From contig NC_042997.1 in assembly GCF_006345805.1 (NCBI RefSeq), positions 62,744,001 to 62,808,000 on the forward strand: a stretch of DNA of 64,000 bases. The letters run 5' to 3'. A program made the translations under genes and the position numbers. This document shows, in pieces, positions 37,591 through 51,469 of this stretch. This DNA comes from Octopus sinensis. Taxonomy: Eukaryota. Numbering within the stretch: position 1 is the first letter of the stretch; every line of letters starts with the position of its first letter. The notes under the pieces were generated by a model, which saw only the letters and a program-made list of their open reading frames with translations, was not told the DNA's origin and searched no databases.

Positions 37591-39112
37591 CTGCAAACTC
37601 AACAAGCAATCATCATAGCTTTAATAATGGAAATGATAATAGTTATAGTTATCAAATAGACGATGCTCGCAAAAAATATAGTTGGCGGGATTTACATACT
37701 GATATCATTTTAATACTCGTCATTTAATACAATTGATGAGGTTCATAGTGGTGCAAGTGATCCAGTTGATGATATGGAACGAGGATTTATTAAGTCCTTG
37801 GAGCGACTGATGTTTAAGTTGAATATACAGGAATAACTGTAAAGATATTAAGTTACAGATTTCAATTGAGCGCATTGAGAAGGGAAAAGCAGCGGGTCAG
37901 CACGACAGGCAGATAACGGGCACGTTTAATTGAGGGGAAGTTCGGAGAAGTAATGGAAAGTTGTGAATCCGACTGGAAAAGCCAGATGTACCGTAGGATA
38001 GTTCACTGGAAAGATAAGGTAAGGGATTTATATTTTCCTTAAAAAAGGACCACCGTGTCAAACTAATATAGATTTATATCGCTGTTTTCTGCTGCTTGTT
38101 TGTTCAAACTATTCCGACTACCGTTTTTGTGTTTTTTTTCTAACATGCTGACGCAGACATTGACCTTATTCTCAGATTACTAGAATCAGATTACACTTAA
38201 TCTGCAATTATTATATTATAAAAAAGCGAATCGAATACATGAAATTCAATGTACATTTCAGTAAGTCGCTATTATTTTGTTAGAGATACGCAATTTCTCA
38301 TGTCTTTCCACCGGACACCTCGATCAATCACAGATTAAGATCAAGAATATATTGGCTTAGCTTGATATTAAATCTAGTTTTCGTAGCAGTGTGTGTAACG
38401 GCCTATTATTCTATGTTAAACACACTACATTGTAGTATAGAGTATCTGTTACCAGTTTGATATATTTAACGGGCATGACAGTGACCTGTCCTTTCGTAGA
38501 GCTAATAACTTGGGGAACACATAGACAACCGCATCCTCTATCTAAAATAAATCTCTTTTGTAACTATTATACATTATTACTGTTGAAAAGACATTGATTT
38601 ACTTTTGTTAACAAAGCAAATTAAGTCAAGTGTGAGAGCAGCTCTCATGGCTCTTTACTGGGCCTCCGAATCTGTCGGGGCTTGCAACAAAGTGGGGCTC
38701 GCTAAAGGCAGTAAAGGACCAGGTGGTGGTATTAACCAGGGCAACTGATTAAGCCTACTGAGCAATCTTAAGCAATAGAATAATTGAAATACCGAATAAT
38801 CGATAAATTACATCCATCCATCCATCCGTCTGTCAGTCCGTGCGTCCGTCCGTCTGTCCGCGTATGTATGAAATTGTTTAGTTTATTTCAAGATTTCTTG
38901 CTAAAAGAAAAAGAGTCGATTTCTAACCTAGATTCAGGGATCCATCATTGGAATTTCAACATCAACAATAGGGTACTTTTGTGTGTATGTATGTATGTAT
39001 GCATGTATGTATGTATGTATGTATGTATGTGTGTATGTATGTATGTATGTATGTATTATGTATGTATGTATGTATGTATGTATCTATCTATCTATCAATC
39101 TATCTATCTATC

Positions 39113-39197
<85 letters not shown>

Positions 39198-39670
39198 ACT
39201 CAGAATCACAAACCACGCTGTTGACTCTAAATAGCCTGAAAATTTGATATTAAAAACGAATAATGCTTTTGTTTCTTTGATTTTAAGAATTATTGAAGAG
39301 ATATCATGCTGCGATAGCTAATGAATATTTGTCATCTTAATGCTATTTTGGAATGATACCACAAAAATATCAAAGTAGATATACTCTACTAAATAATTTC
39401 CATTTTGTAGGCCATTATCGCTTTTATGCTAGAACATGCAATAATTAATGTGCTCACTTAAAAGGTATTTTATGCGAATAGAAACGCTAAGGTTGTATTT
39501 TATCACAGCATATGCTTCAAATTAGGGTTGAAATTTCCTGTTTTTTGTTACGGGATTTTAATAAAACACAATGTATTTTTAATGACTTTTATTTGAGTTT
39601 ATTTCCGTCTCAATTAATAAAACTAAATATTGAGAAGAATATAAAAATTGTTATGCAGATTGAAACATAC

Positions 39671-39829
<159 letters not shown>

Positions 39830-39848
39830 TATATATATATATAATATA

Positions 39849-39881
<33 letters not shown>

Positions 39882-40783
39882 CATACATATATATATATAT
39901 ATCTTAATATATAAAATCCATTCTGTCTGTCTGTCTGTCTGTTTGTGCGCTTATAACTCGAGTATTGTTCATCCGATCGTGCTGAAATTTTAAACATGGA
40001 TACATGAAAGAGCCGGGCGTTTTGTAATCTAAAAAGATTTTTTTCAAAATTGTTAGTTTCAAAGTGAGAATCGCTATTTTTGTAATCTTTTTGTCCTGTT
40101 TGTTTCACCATTAAAATCAACCAGTTGCTCAGACAGCTGGCACATACCATTTCACTAGCAACAAGGGGAGTACAGGATGACAGTCAGCCCAAACTGTTGC
40201 TATGCTGTCTCTCTTCTTTCCTCTGTCTGTCTCTCTTATGAAGTCCAGTTCCACTTGAGGTTGTATATATATTGTGCTAAGATTCGTTATCAATCAATTA
40301 TCCTTATTGAGAAAAAACAGTCAAAACCACATACAATCGCCAAACATCGCCACTACTTAACATCGTCCAAGTTAACCCTCTTCAACTTTACATCTGACAT
40401 GAAAAACTACGAGGAAAGCAAAAAAAGAGAAAAAATTGATTGCTATTAAAACGTGTAAAATTTTGGGGTTAATAATCTTAATCTTTAGTTACATAATAGG
40501 CAGAATTGTCGGATTAAGTCAGTAGGGTATTTTTAGGGAGATTTGGCTGCTATTTCTACTAGATCTAGCTAACATGTAGAGGTCTCGACATTGGCTTATA
40601 CATATATACATAAAATCGAAATAAAATACTTAAAGAAACAGGCGTCAAATACAAAAGCCAAGGTCCATAGTGTCATGGGCCAAACAATTTCCAACTTCTT
40701 GCCTAATGCGAGCCCAGAGCCTCTTATCTCTTTCACTATTTCAGTATTATGTCTCTATTGTAATGTGAGATACCGTGCTATAT

Positions 40784-40818
<35 letters not shown>

Positions 40819-40937
40819 CTTCCTTACTCATTCCAAAACCGAGTTACATATTTTGACGTATGGGGTATCAAAAGATTCAGTACTATTTCGGCTACAAATC
40901 AAACTTAATTGCCATTCACATATTTGCATTTCAATAA

Positions 40938-42566
40938 TCTCTATATATATAAAACTGAGAATGTGTGTGCGTCTGTCTGTCTGTCTGTGTATTTCCCTAA
41001 AACTTGAGAACTACACAACCAATTTCATTGAAATTTTACACATGCCTTACTTAGGGTCCATGTAGTTTCATGGGCAAAACAAATGTTCAACTTCTTGACT
41101 AGGGCGAGCGCATAGCAATATCATATCTTCTCCACTATTTCAGTATTACGTGTTAAAAGTGAAACAAAATCATCTCTCTATTTTATGTCAGATACTTTCA
41201 CTTTAACAATAAAAATTAGAGATAATAATAACAATTGAATTATATATAGTAAGTAATAATTAAAATCAAACTAAAGTATAATATAATAATTAAATCGTAA
41301 CATAACAATTAAAAGTAAAAATAGCAATTGATATAAAATTGCATCAATGACTTGAACTTGAATAAGTGGTTTCACATGAATGGGAATAAATAAAAAATAA
41401 AATTTAAGTGCAGAAATGGAATAGTTCAGATGGAGCTGTGCACATACCGTTTACCACGGCTTTTACATTAGATTATCTGCTAATTAGCTAGCATTAAGTA
41501 TCTATATGACGTTTGGCTGTATGTAATGTCTGTTTTCTCCAACAGACGCTTCTACTGAGTACTGCTGTTGGTTTATTTCTGATCCATAAAGGACTATAGC
41601 TTCAACTGAGTTCTACTTTTTGATTCACCGTAAGGTTTGTTGTTATTATTATTACTGTTTAACTATTGGTATCACGTTTGTTGGTTCCTCGTAAGGGAAG
41701 CGTTGTTGTGTTGCATTTGTTAAATAATTGTAAAACGTAACCCTCCCCCTTTGGGAGAAGAAGCTTTGGTTTTTGTTTAAAAATTGAATTGTGTCCCTGT
41801 TTGGGAAAATTGACAATATTTTCACCGTTTATACGGAAGCATTTTTGTTAAAATGTCTTCGATAGAAGAAAGTCCAAAAATGAATTTCGCTGCAGCCGTC
41901 GGCGGGCGCGAACTCATTAAAATTAAAATGGAAGAAATACAAATCTATTTCGGATTGATCACCGACAAAGACGATGAATCTAGGATAACGCCACCAAACG
42001 AAATAAAAAATAAAATTAAAGAAAAGACTATTGTCTATAAAGTATACAATGTAGAGAAAAAAAAAGATTTGAACACCTGGAGGAAAGCACCATTCAAAAG
42101 TGTCTTGGTGCGACTATGAAAAATATCAAGTATCTAACCAGAGGCGGTAAATTCGCCACAATAGAAGCAAGGTTCGAGTCAACGGAGCGTGCAAGGGAGT
42201 ACTCGACTCGAACCTTGCAAAGTGGAAATATTTTATTTTTACCTTTATATCTGGGACGTAGGACGTCCCGGATAAAAATTAAAAATGTCCCCCCAGAAGT
42301 AGAGGTAGGCTGGATTGTAGCCACACTTCTATACAAGAGGGAGGAAAAGATACAATTGATCGAAATTGCAAGAGACGGGCCTACAATTCCAGTCTGTTAT
42401 ATATTTTGAGTATTGTTATCACTAGCGATATCAAGATATAACTTTGTATTTTGTATTTTATGGGTAGATGTATATATATAGATGTACATGTAATATGTAT
42501 ACATATATATACACATATATACATGCACTAGCACTATGATCCGGCAACGCCGGGTCATAATGCTAG
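40938..42566 (+). mobile_element. Complete non-autonomous Helitron (1.63 kb) nested in copy 2
   Basis: A|TCtctatatatataaaactgagaatg ... ccggcaacgccggg-tcataatg-CTAG|T; flanks rejoin to gcatttcaa..tttaacataatc as in the uninterrupted copy at 36181-36205. Confidence 0.88.
41853..42409 (+). pseudogene. LINE ORF1-like fragment (two ORFs joined by one frameshift) inside the nested Helitron
   Basis: MSSIEESPKMNFAAAV..; then ATIEARFESTERAREYS and RTSRIKIKNVPPEV, which are RRM-like segments typical of non-LTR ORF1. Family assignment is an inference. Confidence 0.45.
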
Positions 42567-44295
42567 TTTAACATAATCTTTTCCATAAATCAACCATCGT
42601 AAACATTTTATACGATAACGTCACATTTTCTATATGTGTATGTACCTTAAAAGACATCAATCATCACGACACACACCTTCACTTACTCATTCTATCTATC
42701 TTTCTCACATTCTTTCACTCTCACATACACACGCGCACGCACGCACACACACACGCCCATTTCATATAGACGTACATACATATTTCACTTTCTTTCTACG
42801 TTCATAATTTTTTGTTTACAATATTGGAAAAAATATGCCACCAAAGAAAAGACGTAATCTCTATAGAAACAAGTATAAAGAAAGGAGGGTTGTATAAAAC
42901 CGAAGGTGGAAAATCTGAAGAGAGAAGCTAGATGAGATTTTCTCAAGATCAGCAAATGCATGTTGCAGCACTTAATGCTGGATCATTAAATCAATGTTTT
43001 AAATGATTAGATAGAGGTCCTGTAGAATAGCTCTCAGAAACAGCCTACGTACAAATTCGTTCTTCACAACTCTTGAAGCTGTTTTCAGATATGATCCATA
43101 CCATTCTTATAAAAATAATAACTCTGCCCAAATTGGTGTGCTAAACACAAATTGCCTTTTCTGTAGAGCTTTAAAATGTTCAAATAAAACAAATGGCATG
43201 TGCTGCTCAAGGCATTTCCATCCAGTTAAATGATTTTCTGAACGATATCAGACAATACAACTCTGCAATTGACATCGTTTGGTGCATCAAAGAAGATAGA
43301 TAAACATGAATTTACGCCGACGTCAAAGACCATCACCTCATTGGTTCCCTGTTATCCACAAATGAACAACAGTTCCTCCAAATTTAATTTATGAGTGATG
43401 TAGGACAACAAACTCGAAGGGGGGGGGGTCAACATTTCAGATGATGGGTCGTGTTAGACACAACACCGAATGCTGCAAAAGAGAGTATATCCACTGATAG
43501 CTTTTCGGTGCTTTCAAACATCACATAACCCCCACAGGTTAGGGCCTGAAATACACCAAACCTGCTCATAGCATGTTGCCTAGTCAAATTAGCCCATCAT
43601 TTACTCCACAAATATTTTGTTGTCAATCCTGTACTTTCACATATCATATGATTAATGCGTTATAAGCCATAATTTAATAACTTGGGATAACAAGGGAACA
43701 TGACCTCCGACAGGCCTCGAACCTCGTGTCATTCATGTTCCGAGTGAATTTGTTGCCATGAAGAACGTGTTTTCTTAAATTAAGCTCTTATAAATGTGTT
43801 AGTGATAAAAAAAGAAGAAAAAAAATCGCTCATAAATATTGCATTTATGTCTCCGATAATTGATGATTCATTCGCCAATTTATAATTATTCATATTTTGG
43901 AGGTTAATCCTTGTCATAAACATCGAACCAAAGTATGACACTTCGCTATTTAAGCCAGTAGCAGAATAATCTATTAGCAGACGATTGAGTGAAGAAATTA
44001 ACTCGGAAATAAATGTAATTTTTATGAAGAAAACAGTGTTCATTTTATCAGCAAAACATCCATATGGTTTATTTTAAATAGGGAGACCAGACGCTCTGTG
44101 GTATAATCAACGACAGGTATGTGTTAGATGGTTCTGTTCTTTGTCTGTCTTAGTGTTTATGAAATATTGAATGAGTTATATTCAATCTTAACCGTTTACG
44201 CAGTACCCCGCCTCCCCATAAATATATTTCGAATTCAAGTATAACTTAACATCAGTATGTTAAATGCTTTCATTTGTGAACATCTCCAGTTTTCT

Positions 44296-44460
44296 GGTGT
44301 AAGTCGACTAAATCGACCCCAGAGTTCAACTGCTACTTATTTTATTAACCCTGAATGATGAGAAGCAAAGTCGACATCGACAGAATTTAAACTCAGACGG
44401 ACGAAATGCCACTAAGCATTTTGCCCGGCGTGCTAACAATTCTGCCAGCTTGCTGCCTTA
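44296..44460 (-). mobile_element. tRNA SINE family A
   Basis: aagtcgactaaatcgacccc..gcaaagtcgac..gcattttgcccggcgtgctaac. Confidence 0.8.
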
Positions 44461-45240
44461 AAACTTTCAGTTATATTATTGAGCTGCAGAACCACTGCTC
44501 TACTTACTACGTATATATCATTTTGCCAAATACGCTCTTCGACTGATTCTGTTCTTTCATTATCATTGTTAAATCGTTGCGATGATCTTTATAGTTGTGA
44601 ACAGCTGACGTATGAATTTATACAATGTAATTAATGTTGAATTTAACGATCACGACGGAGACTAGCGTTGGATTGCTTTTTAATTAATTCACTCTCAGAC
44701 TCTTAAAAGACGCCCTGAAGAAATTTCGTTTGATGGTTTTTCGATCGTTTGATATAAATTTGATACATGATGTCTGATTGAAGTTAGTTACTCTACAAAC
44801 TCAAGCAATCACCTGGTTTAACAGTATCAGCTGGTCGTTGGGAACCCAAATCTGTGATAAAAATTTCCGAGCAATATTTTATCACATTTATCACATTTCG
44901 TGGACAAAAACAAGTGGGTATATGGTCTTGAACTGTTGTTCTAGATACGATGTATAGTAGTCAAACCAATCCATCTTTTTCTGCCCACAGAATGATTTCT
45001 TGAAACAGTGGTTCTTTAATGGTTTGTTGTGGCGTACACCATAAATAGTATCGAGATGTGCTATGGATTTTTAAAAATATAATTTTAAAGTATGGAAAAT
45101 CCATGGTGATATTCGATTAACTTGAAATATGTTATATATATATGGTAAGTATAGTCCCTACATCCATCGTAATCATTTCCAGGTCTTCATTGACTCGGCG
45201 TGTGTTACTGTCTCTTTATAGTAGGCTGCGCTGAGAGAAA

Positions 45241-45357
<117 letters not shown>

Positions 45358-45696
45358 TAAGACAAGAGATTCTTAGAAGTGAGAGGCCGAGTAAGTACGA
45401 CAGTTAAAGTAAATTTGTAATAAAAAGAACCGAAAGTAGAAAGTTGTGAGATTTACGAGCACAAAGGAAAAGGAGAAAGACGAATATAGATGCGTAACAA
45501 AATTTCTGACATCACTGTGTCTTTAATTATTTCGTTCCCTCATTCAGTCTCTCTCTCACTCTCTGAGTTTGAAATGTATCTTCGTGTACAAAATAATGGC
45601 GTTATTTGTTGGGCATACTTTTTCACAAGATCGGGAAAATGTCAAGATCTATTTGTATATATTTGTGTATGCTTGCATGTGTGTGTGTACGTAGGA

Positions 45697-45729
<33 letters not shown>

Positions 45730-45970
45730 AATATATACACATATGGAAAGGTTTAACTGTATATGTAAATATATACTCATATATTTACACATATGTAAAG
45801 GATTTATTTAAAGACAGTCTTGTGAAGCATATTTGTAGATATCATAAAGCAATTGTTGCGATAACAAAAAGAACAACAACAACAAAACAACAGAAATAAT
45901 AATAATGATAATGATAATAATAATAATAGTAATAGTAGTAATAGTAGTAGTAATAATAATAATAATAATA

Positions 45971-46007
<37 letters not shown>

Positions 46008-46010
<3 letters not shown>

Positions 46011-46562
46011 GCCCTGATGTAGTACCAGGCAGTGGCTCTCATGGCTTCTGATCTTAACTGATTGGAAGTGTTATCATGTACATTGTTTTGTCTTGGTATA
46101 AAAGATGGGCTACAGCAAATATTCTGCTCAATACCACAGATTTGTTTGTCAGTTATTTGACCGTAGCCAGTTGAGCATGTCCCTTAGTGGCTGACGATAT
46201 GTACATCTCTGATCACGAGCAGAAGTAGTGGGAGAGTATCATAGCCGTGTGTTGAAAGGAATTCTTAGAGGTTTGGATAATTCACCTTTGGAAACATGGG
46301 TGGTTTGTTTAACATCCTTAAACAATCCTTATTCAGGGACCTTTTGAGCGGAATGGGCTACTCGACCAGAAGAAAATTCTAACTAGGCCTCACCTGCAAG
46401 GTCATGCGCTGCTTATCTTGATATAAGATCACCATGTCGCGCACATTTGGTTGTGATGCATGTGCCTGGCGTACCCTTATCAGACGTGTAGTCATGATGG
46501 GTATACTGGGCTTCATATATTTTACCCCAGTGTCACTTTGATGGCATGCAATGCTCTCTCAC

Positions 46563-46563
<1 letters not shown>
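46008..46563 (+). mobile_element. (AAT)n-flanked interspersed repeat, longest copy (~555 bp)
   Basis: Begins aatgccctgatgtagtacc after (AAT)n and ends ctctctcac before (CAA)n(AAT)n; contains the sequence of the copies at 2253-3385. Confidence 0.85.
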
Positions 46564-46597
<34 letters not shown>

Positions 46598-46611
46598 AAT
46601 AATAATATATT

Positions 46612-46960
46612 CTTTTATTCATTCAGTATTTTACTAGGTATTGGATTCCAGCCATGCTGGGGTACTACATTCAAGGATTTAATCTAGCATGTCGACCCCA
46701 GTAATTATTTTTAGGCTTGGTTCCTATGTGACTATTGTGTACCACCTTGTTTTTACAAAATTACTTCACTGATATTAAACATCATAAATGTAAATCCCGC
46801 CTCATCGTCTCACATTCTTTGTCTTTCTTTCATTCATACGATGGGCTTCTATACCGTTTCAGTCTACCACATTTCACTCAAGGCATCTTATTCATCAAGT
46901 CGATTCTATTGCAGAAGCAGCTTGCCCAAGATGCTACGGTGTAGGATCGGAACCGAGAAC
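46612..46960 (-). mobile_element. Degenerate CORE-type SINE (family B)
   Basis: ccagccatgctgggg..ccgtttcagtctaccacatttcactcaaggc..cttgcccaag. Confidence 0.65.
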
Positions 46961-47622
46961 TCAAGCCTAGCTAAACGATATGAACTTTTCGCTGAGAAGT
47001 AAAAAATAATAGAACAGGTCGTATTGATTTGTGAAAGCATTACCAATGTAGCCGCACAGTAGCAGAATAATATCATAGAATAATTATGTCTTCGCTTTCG
47101 TTCCATATTTAAAATTGTTTAATCCTGGATGTAAATTAATAAAGAAATAAAAGATACCAACTTACAAATTACGAATGACAAGTGTAACAAAAACTGAACA
47201 TCTCAGAAATGTTGTTTCCTAATACTGCACCTTCCGTACTACTTCGGTGGACTTTTACATCAACTAAAGAATCAAACGTTTCAAATGCAATTGCAAAAGA
47301 AATTATATATTTCGAAGTTCTCTCAGTCTGTCTCTGTCTGTCTGCCTGTCTGTCTGCCTGTCTGTCTGCCTGTCTGTCTGCCTGTCTGTCTGTCTGTCTG
47401 TCTGTCTCTACACACATATAAATATACATATGTATGTATATATGTATGTATGTGTATATATATACATGCATGCATACATACATACATGCATACATACATA
47501 CATACATACATACATACATACAAACATACATACATACATACATACATATATGTATGCGAAGCATAAATTTGAAAGTTATTTATCGATATATATATACGCA
47601 TATATATATATATATATATATA

Positions 47623-47692
<70 letters not shown>

Positions 47693-47791
47693 TTGTATGT
47701 GTGTATGTGTTAATATATATACACATATCTCTATATGTGTATATATATATAAGTGTGTGTGTGTATGCATATACATGGATATATAAAGTAG

Positions 47792-47823
<32 letters not shown>

Positions 47824-48679
47824 GTAAGGGAAGGAGGGAGATAGGGGAAGGGACGGAGATGGCGGGAGATATGGAGAGAAAAAATGAGGGCTAGTGAGAT
47901 TGATTTATAGATATAGATACATACATATTTAAACACATGCGTATGATATATGAAGATTAAAGAGAATATTTAAAGTACGTTATTTCTCTTCAAATTTGAC
48001 GTTTTTTGCTTTTGTAAGTTTGTCGATATGTTACATGAATGAAAGAAAATCGTTAATTGAACTAATATATTTTTGCAGAAGATAAAATGAAAATAAATTA
48101 GAATCGTAATATGAATATATATAACATCTTTTAAGATTGGCATTAACACAAATTGCTAATTGATTAAGTGTTTTCATATATAATGAGAAGAATGTGTCTA
48201 TTTCCCAATGAAGTTTTTATGATTATTTTGTTTTTAACTTTATCATCTGCAATGTCTTCCATATACATAAATACATATAAGCGTGCATGACTTCGCGCGC
48301 ACGTTCACACAAACATATGTCCGTCTACTCACATGTTAAAGTTTTGGTTCCTGTCCTTCGCTTTCTGTGTTTGAAGAGGAGATAATTACTCACAGTCTCA
48401 GTAGGTGGTGCTGCGAGCTGATTTTGGTGTATTTACACCGTTAGTCCACAGAGGTAAAATTTTTCTCCATGACAAAATACAGTGAATAACTTTCCTGCGG
48501 GTTCGAATATGCCTCCGAAATATTTGAACTGGTAATAACTTTGTCCGGGTTCAGTTTCACTGCATGTCACCTCGGGCCGACCAAAACTTTGTAAGTGGAT
48601 TTGGTAGAGGGAAACTGAAACAAGTCATCGCATTCTAAAAATTAAATGGAGTTCTTTTACTCCAAACACAGATGTCCTT

Positions 48680-49380
48680 GCATTTACAGGCATCACCTCA
48701 ATTAAATCTATGATTTTGAGGAACCACTTGAGATGGTGTGGCCATATTGTTCGAATGGCAGATGAACGCATGCCGAAACAGTTGTTTTATGGTGAGCTTG
48801 CAGAGGAAAACGCTATTGGCGTAAATCTAAAAAGAGGTTTAAGGACTACTATGAAGTCACTTGGAATGGTTATGGAAGATTTAGAAACCCTTGCTTCGAA
48901 GGTGTGGAGTGGAGTGAAAGCAATTGAAGAGGCCAGGATAACGCAAGTTAGACTCAAAAGAGATCTAAGGAAGAATGTAAAGATCGAGAAGGTGAATGAC
49001 AATGACCTTTTTGTGTGCATAATCTGTGACAGATCATGCCTGTCTTTTGCTGGCCTCAAATCTCATCTGCGAACGCATGGAAAACGAACCTCCACCAACT
49101 ATTCTGTCTATATGTCTGTGCACACCTTTGAATGCAGTATATGCCAGAAGGTTTGTAAATCCAGCGGAGATCTCAAAAGACACGTTAAGATCTACAAAGA
49201 ACAGAACTTATCTGCAGATCTTGGTGGTCCAAATCAGAGGAGCAATCTATGTGGGTGTCTTTTCAGAACATTGGTCCAAAAAAGCAACATCAGACGCCAT
49301 GACGGTGCTAAGGTGTAGATACAGGAGGTGGTCAAACTCTGTATAAGGAGTAGACAACCACCACCACCACCACCACCACC
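48680..49380 (+). mobile_element. RTE (BovB-like) LINE 3' fragment with tandem C2H2 fingers
   Basis: ORF 48710-49318: HLRWCGHIVRMADERMPKQLFYGEL (RTE C-terminal signature), then CIICDRSCLSFAGLKSHLRTH, CSICQKVCKSSGDLKRH and a third decayed finger; (CAC)n tail. Confidence 0.85.
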
Positions 49381-49393
49381 ATATATATATATA

Positions 49394-49845
49394 TGAGTTG
49401 CTGTGTGGCGAGGAGAGTGTTTCCCAACCACATGGTTTCGGGTTCAGTACCACTGCGTGACACCTTGGGAAAGTGTCCTGTACTATAGCCTCGGATCGAC
49501 TAAAGCCTTGTGAGTGGATTTAGTAGACAGAAACTAAAAGAGGTCCGTCGTTTATATATATATATATACATATATCTATGTATGTATGTATGTAATGTGT
49601 GTGTGTCTGTGTGTCTGTGTGTGTGTGTGTGTGTGTGTCTATCTTTGCGTCTGTTTGTCCCTCACTACGGGTTGACAATCAGTTTTGGTGTATCTACGTC
49701 CCCATAAATCAGCGTTTCAGCAAAAGGGGTCGATAGAATAAGTATTCGGCTTTAAAAAAATTACTAGGGTTGATTCATTTGACTACAAATTCCTCTAGTC
49801 TGTACTCGAGCATGGTCGCAGTCTAATGATTGAAACAAGTAGAAA
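49394..49845 (+). mobile_element. CORE-type tRNA SINE (family B), full length
   Basis: Head with ggttcagtaccactgc, core caccttgggaaagtgtc, internal (TA)n(TG)n, tail gcatggtcgcagtctaatgattgaaacaag. Confidence 0.9.
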
Positions 49846-49984
49846 AAAAATACTTGTGATAGGATAACTATGTAGATTTTTCAGTCCATTTTAGTTGTGA
49901 GATTTGAATATGTAGTTTTGCATGCTTCCTTTTATACGCCTAATAATTACATTTTGGCATTATTGTTACGTCCCCACTGGACAT

Positions 49985-50460
49985 AACAAATTCTTTGATC
50001 TTTCGAGTAAAATCACCAATAGAAGAGAATATGACCAAAGACTGCGTGTACTCCATCCCATGCAGTTGTGGTAGGTTATACAAAGGCAAAACATGCTGCC
50101 TCCTCAAAATAAGGGTAGACGATCATCGCCAAGGTGTGACACGAGGAGATATTGATAACTCGGGTATAGCAGATCATGTATGGAAAAATGGAGACCACCT
50201 TCTCCTGTGGGATGAAGTTAAAATAATAGACAAAGAACACCACTGGAAAATACGAAAACTAAAAGAAGCAGCACATATGCTAGGACACAACAACCTCCTA
50301 AGCAGACCGAGTGCAGATAGGAGCAACATCTGGGAACCGGTATTTAGGAAGGATAGAAAAATATTCCCAAGGCTGGAGGGTATATCAGCCGAAACGTTGT
50401 GTTAAGAACAAACAAGATGAGAACAAATATCAGTCGAATGTAAATAATGCACATAATTCG
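49985..50460 (+). mobile_element. Penelope/Poseidon PLE GIY-YIG endonuclease 3' fragment
   Basis: CVYSIPCSCGRLYKGKT..LKIRVDDH..SGIADHVW..HLLLWDEVKIIDKE..RKLKEA. A hammerhead half (GGCTG..CAGCC GAAA CGTT at 50371-50398) follows, with the CTGA core missing. Confidence 0.88.
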
Positions 50461-51244
50461 TCATCTCTTAAATATAGAACTGTATCTCAATAGTCAAAGT
50501 TTGGCCGTTTTGAACGGATATAGTATTCAGTCGAAGATCACAGCTATGTTTAGCTTATGATTTATATAGTGCTTTGATTTCTATATTCTGTAACTTTCCA
50601 AAAGATTTGATTTGCTAAATTATAGAGTTATAGACTTGGCTAATTGTTTTACTTCAGAACTCAGAACACCCATTATCCTTCAATTATCAAAGATAGATAT
50701 TATCGTAGTCCGCTTTTAACTGATCACATTTTTATTTGTAAATATACCTGACAAACATCTTGTTTTGTTTAGATGAAACTAAAACATATCATTTATTGTA
50801 TTTGATCTGATATCGCTTTTTGTGAAAAATAACGTTGTTGTCACAGGTTTCTCAAATGTTAGCTACTGGTGAAACCTGCATTTGCGATGGTATGAGTGAA
50901 AAAGATCTGTGATGCTCACCCAGAATAAATACTATATACTATATAATATTTTTATCTTATGCACAGGTTACTTAAATGTGTTTCTCCAAGAGGTGATGAT
51001 TGATGAGTAAGCAAGAAAAGAAAAATATATCCTTGGCTGTGTCAAACTTCTCTCCACCCACAAGAACTGATCCAAATCTAGCTAAATTAATGTATTTAAG
51101 CGGAAATGTGGTCGAAATACACTCATCATATTAGCTGAAAGTTATATATGGGTACGTATATAACTGTCTTCGGTCATGAATGAACATGGGATTACATCTG
51201 AGGCACAAGTCTGAGCAAAGTTGTTTCTTGAAGATCATCTGTCA

Positions 51245-51440
51245 TTCATGCATAGCAGTCTCCCTTCTCCATGCCACCGATGTTATCCAAGGGAAAAGCA
51301 AAGGCCGATACGGCTTGATACAAGTGAAGTCGCAACTCATTTCTATAGTTGAGTGAACAGGAGCAACGTGAAATAAAGTGCCCTGCTCAAGAACACATGG
51401 GTACATATGCAAGCCAGAGGGAACCAACGACATAGATAAG
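51245..51440 (-). mobile_element. Degenerate SINE fragment
   Basis: gagtgaacaggagcaacgtgaaataaagtgccctgctcaagaacac is SINE core-like. Confidence 0.5.
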
Positions 51441-51469
51441 AAATGTGGTCTGTCGTGGATTTGTGATAA

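Larger units (their letters stand above)
39902..43420 (+). mobile_element. Helitron (copy 2), 3'-truncated, with RepHel N-terminal pseudogene and a nested insertion
   Basis: A|TC start at 39902. At 42836-43410: MPPKKRRNL.., YDPYHSYKNN..QIGVLNTNCLFCRALKCSNKTNGMCCS, FLNDIRQYNSA, TSFGASK and HLIGSLL..QFLQI, the Helitron zinc-finger/Rep-proximal motifs. Confidence 0.8.

Noticed and set aside
43780-45100. 87-aa ORF at 43780-44043(-), an ATG-less minus frame near 44880-45070, and an acceptor-like ttttctgcccacag at ~44990
   Set aside because: No recognisable homology; the signals point to opposite strands and do not form a coherent exon.
48710-49318. Host C2H2 zinc-finger gene
   Set aside because: The fingers follow the RTE RT C-terminal motif in the same frame and precede a simple-repeat tail.
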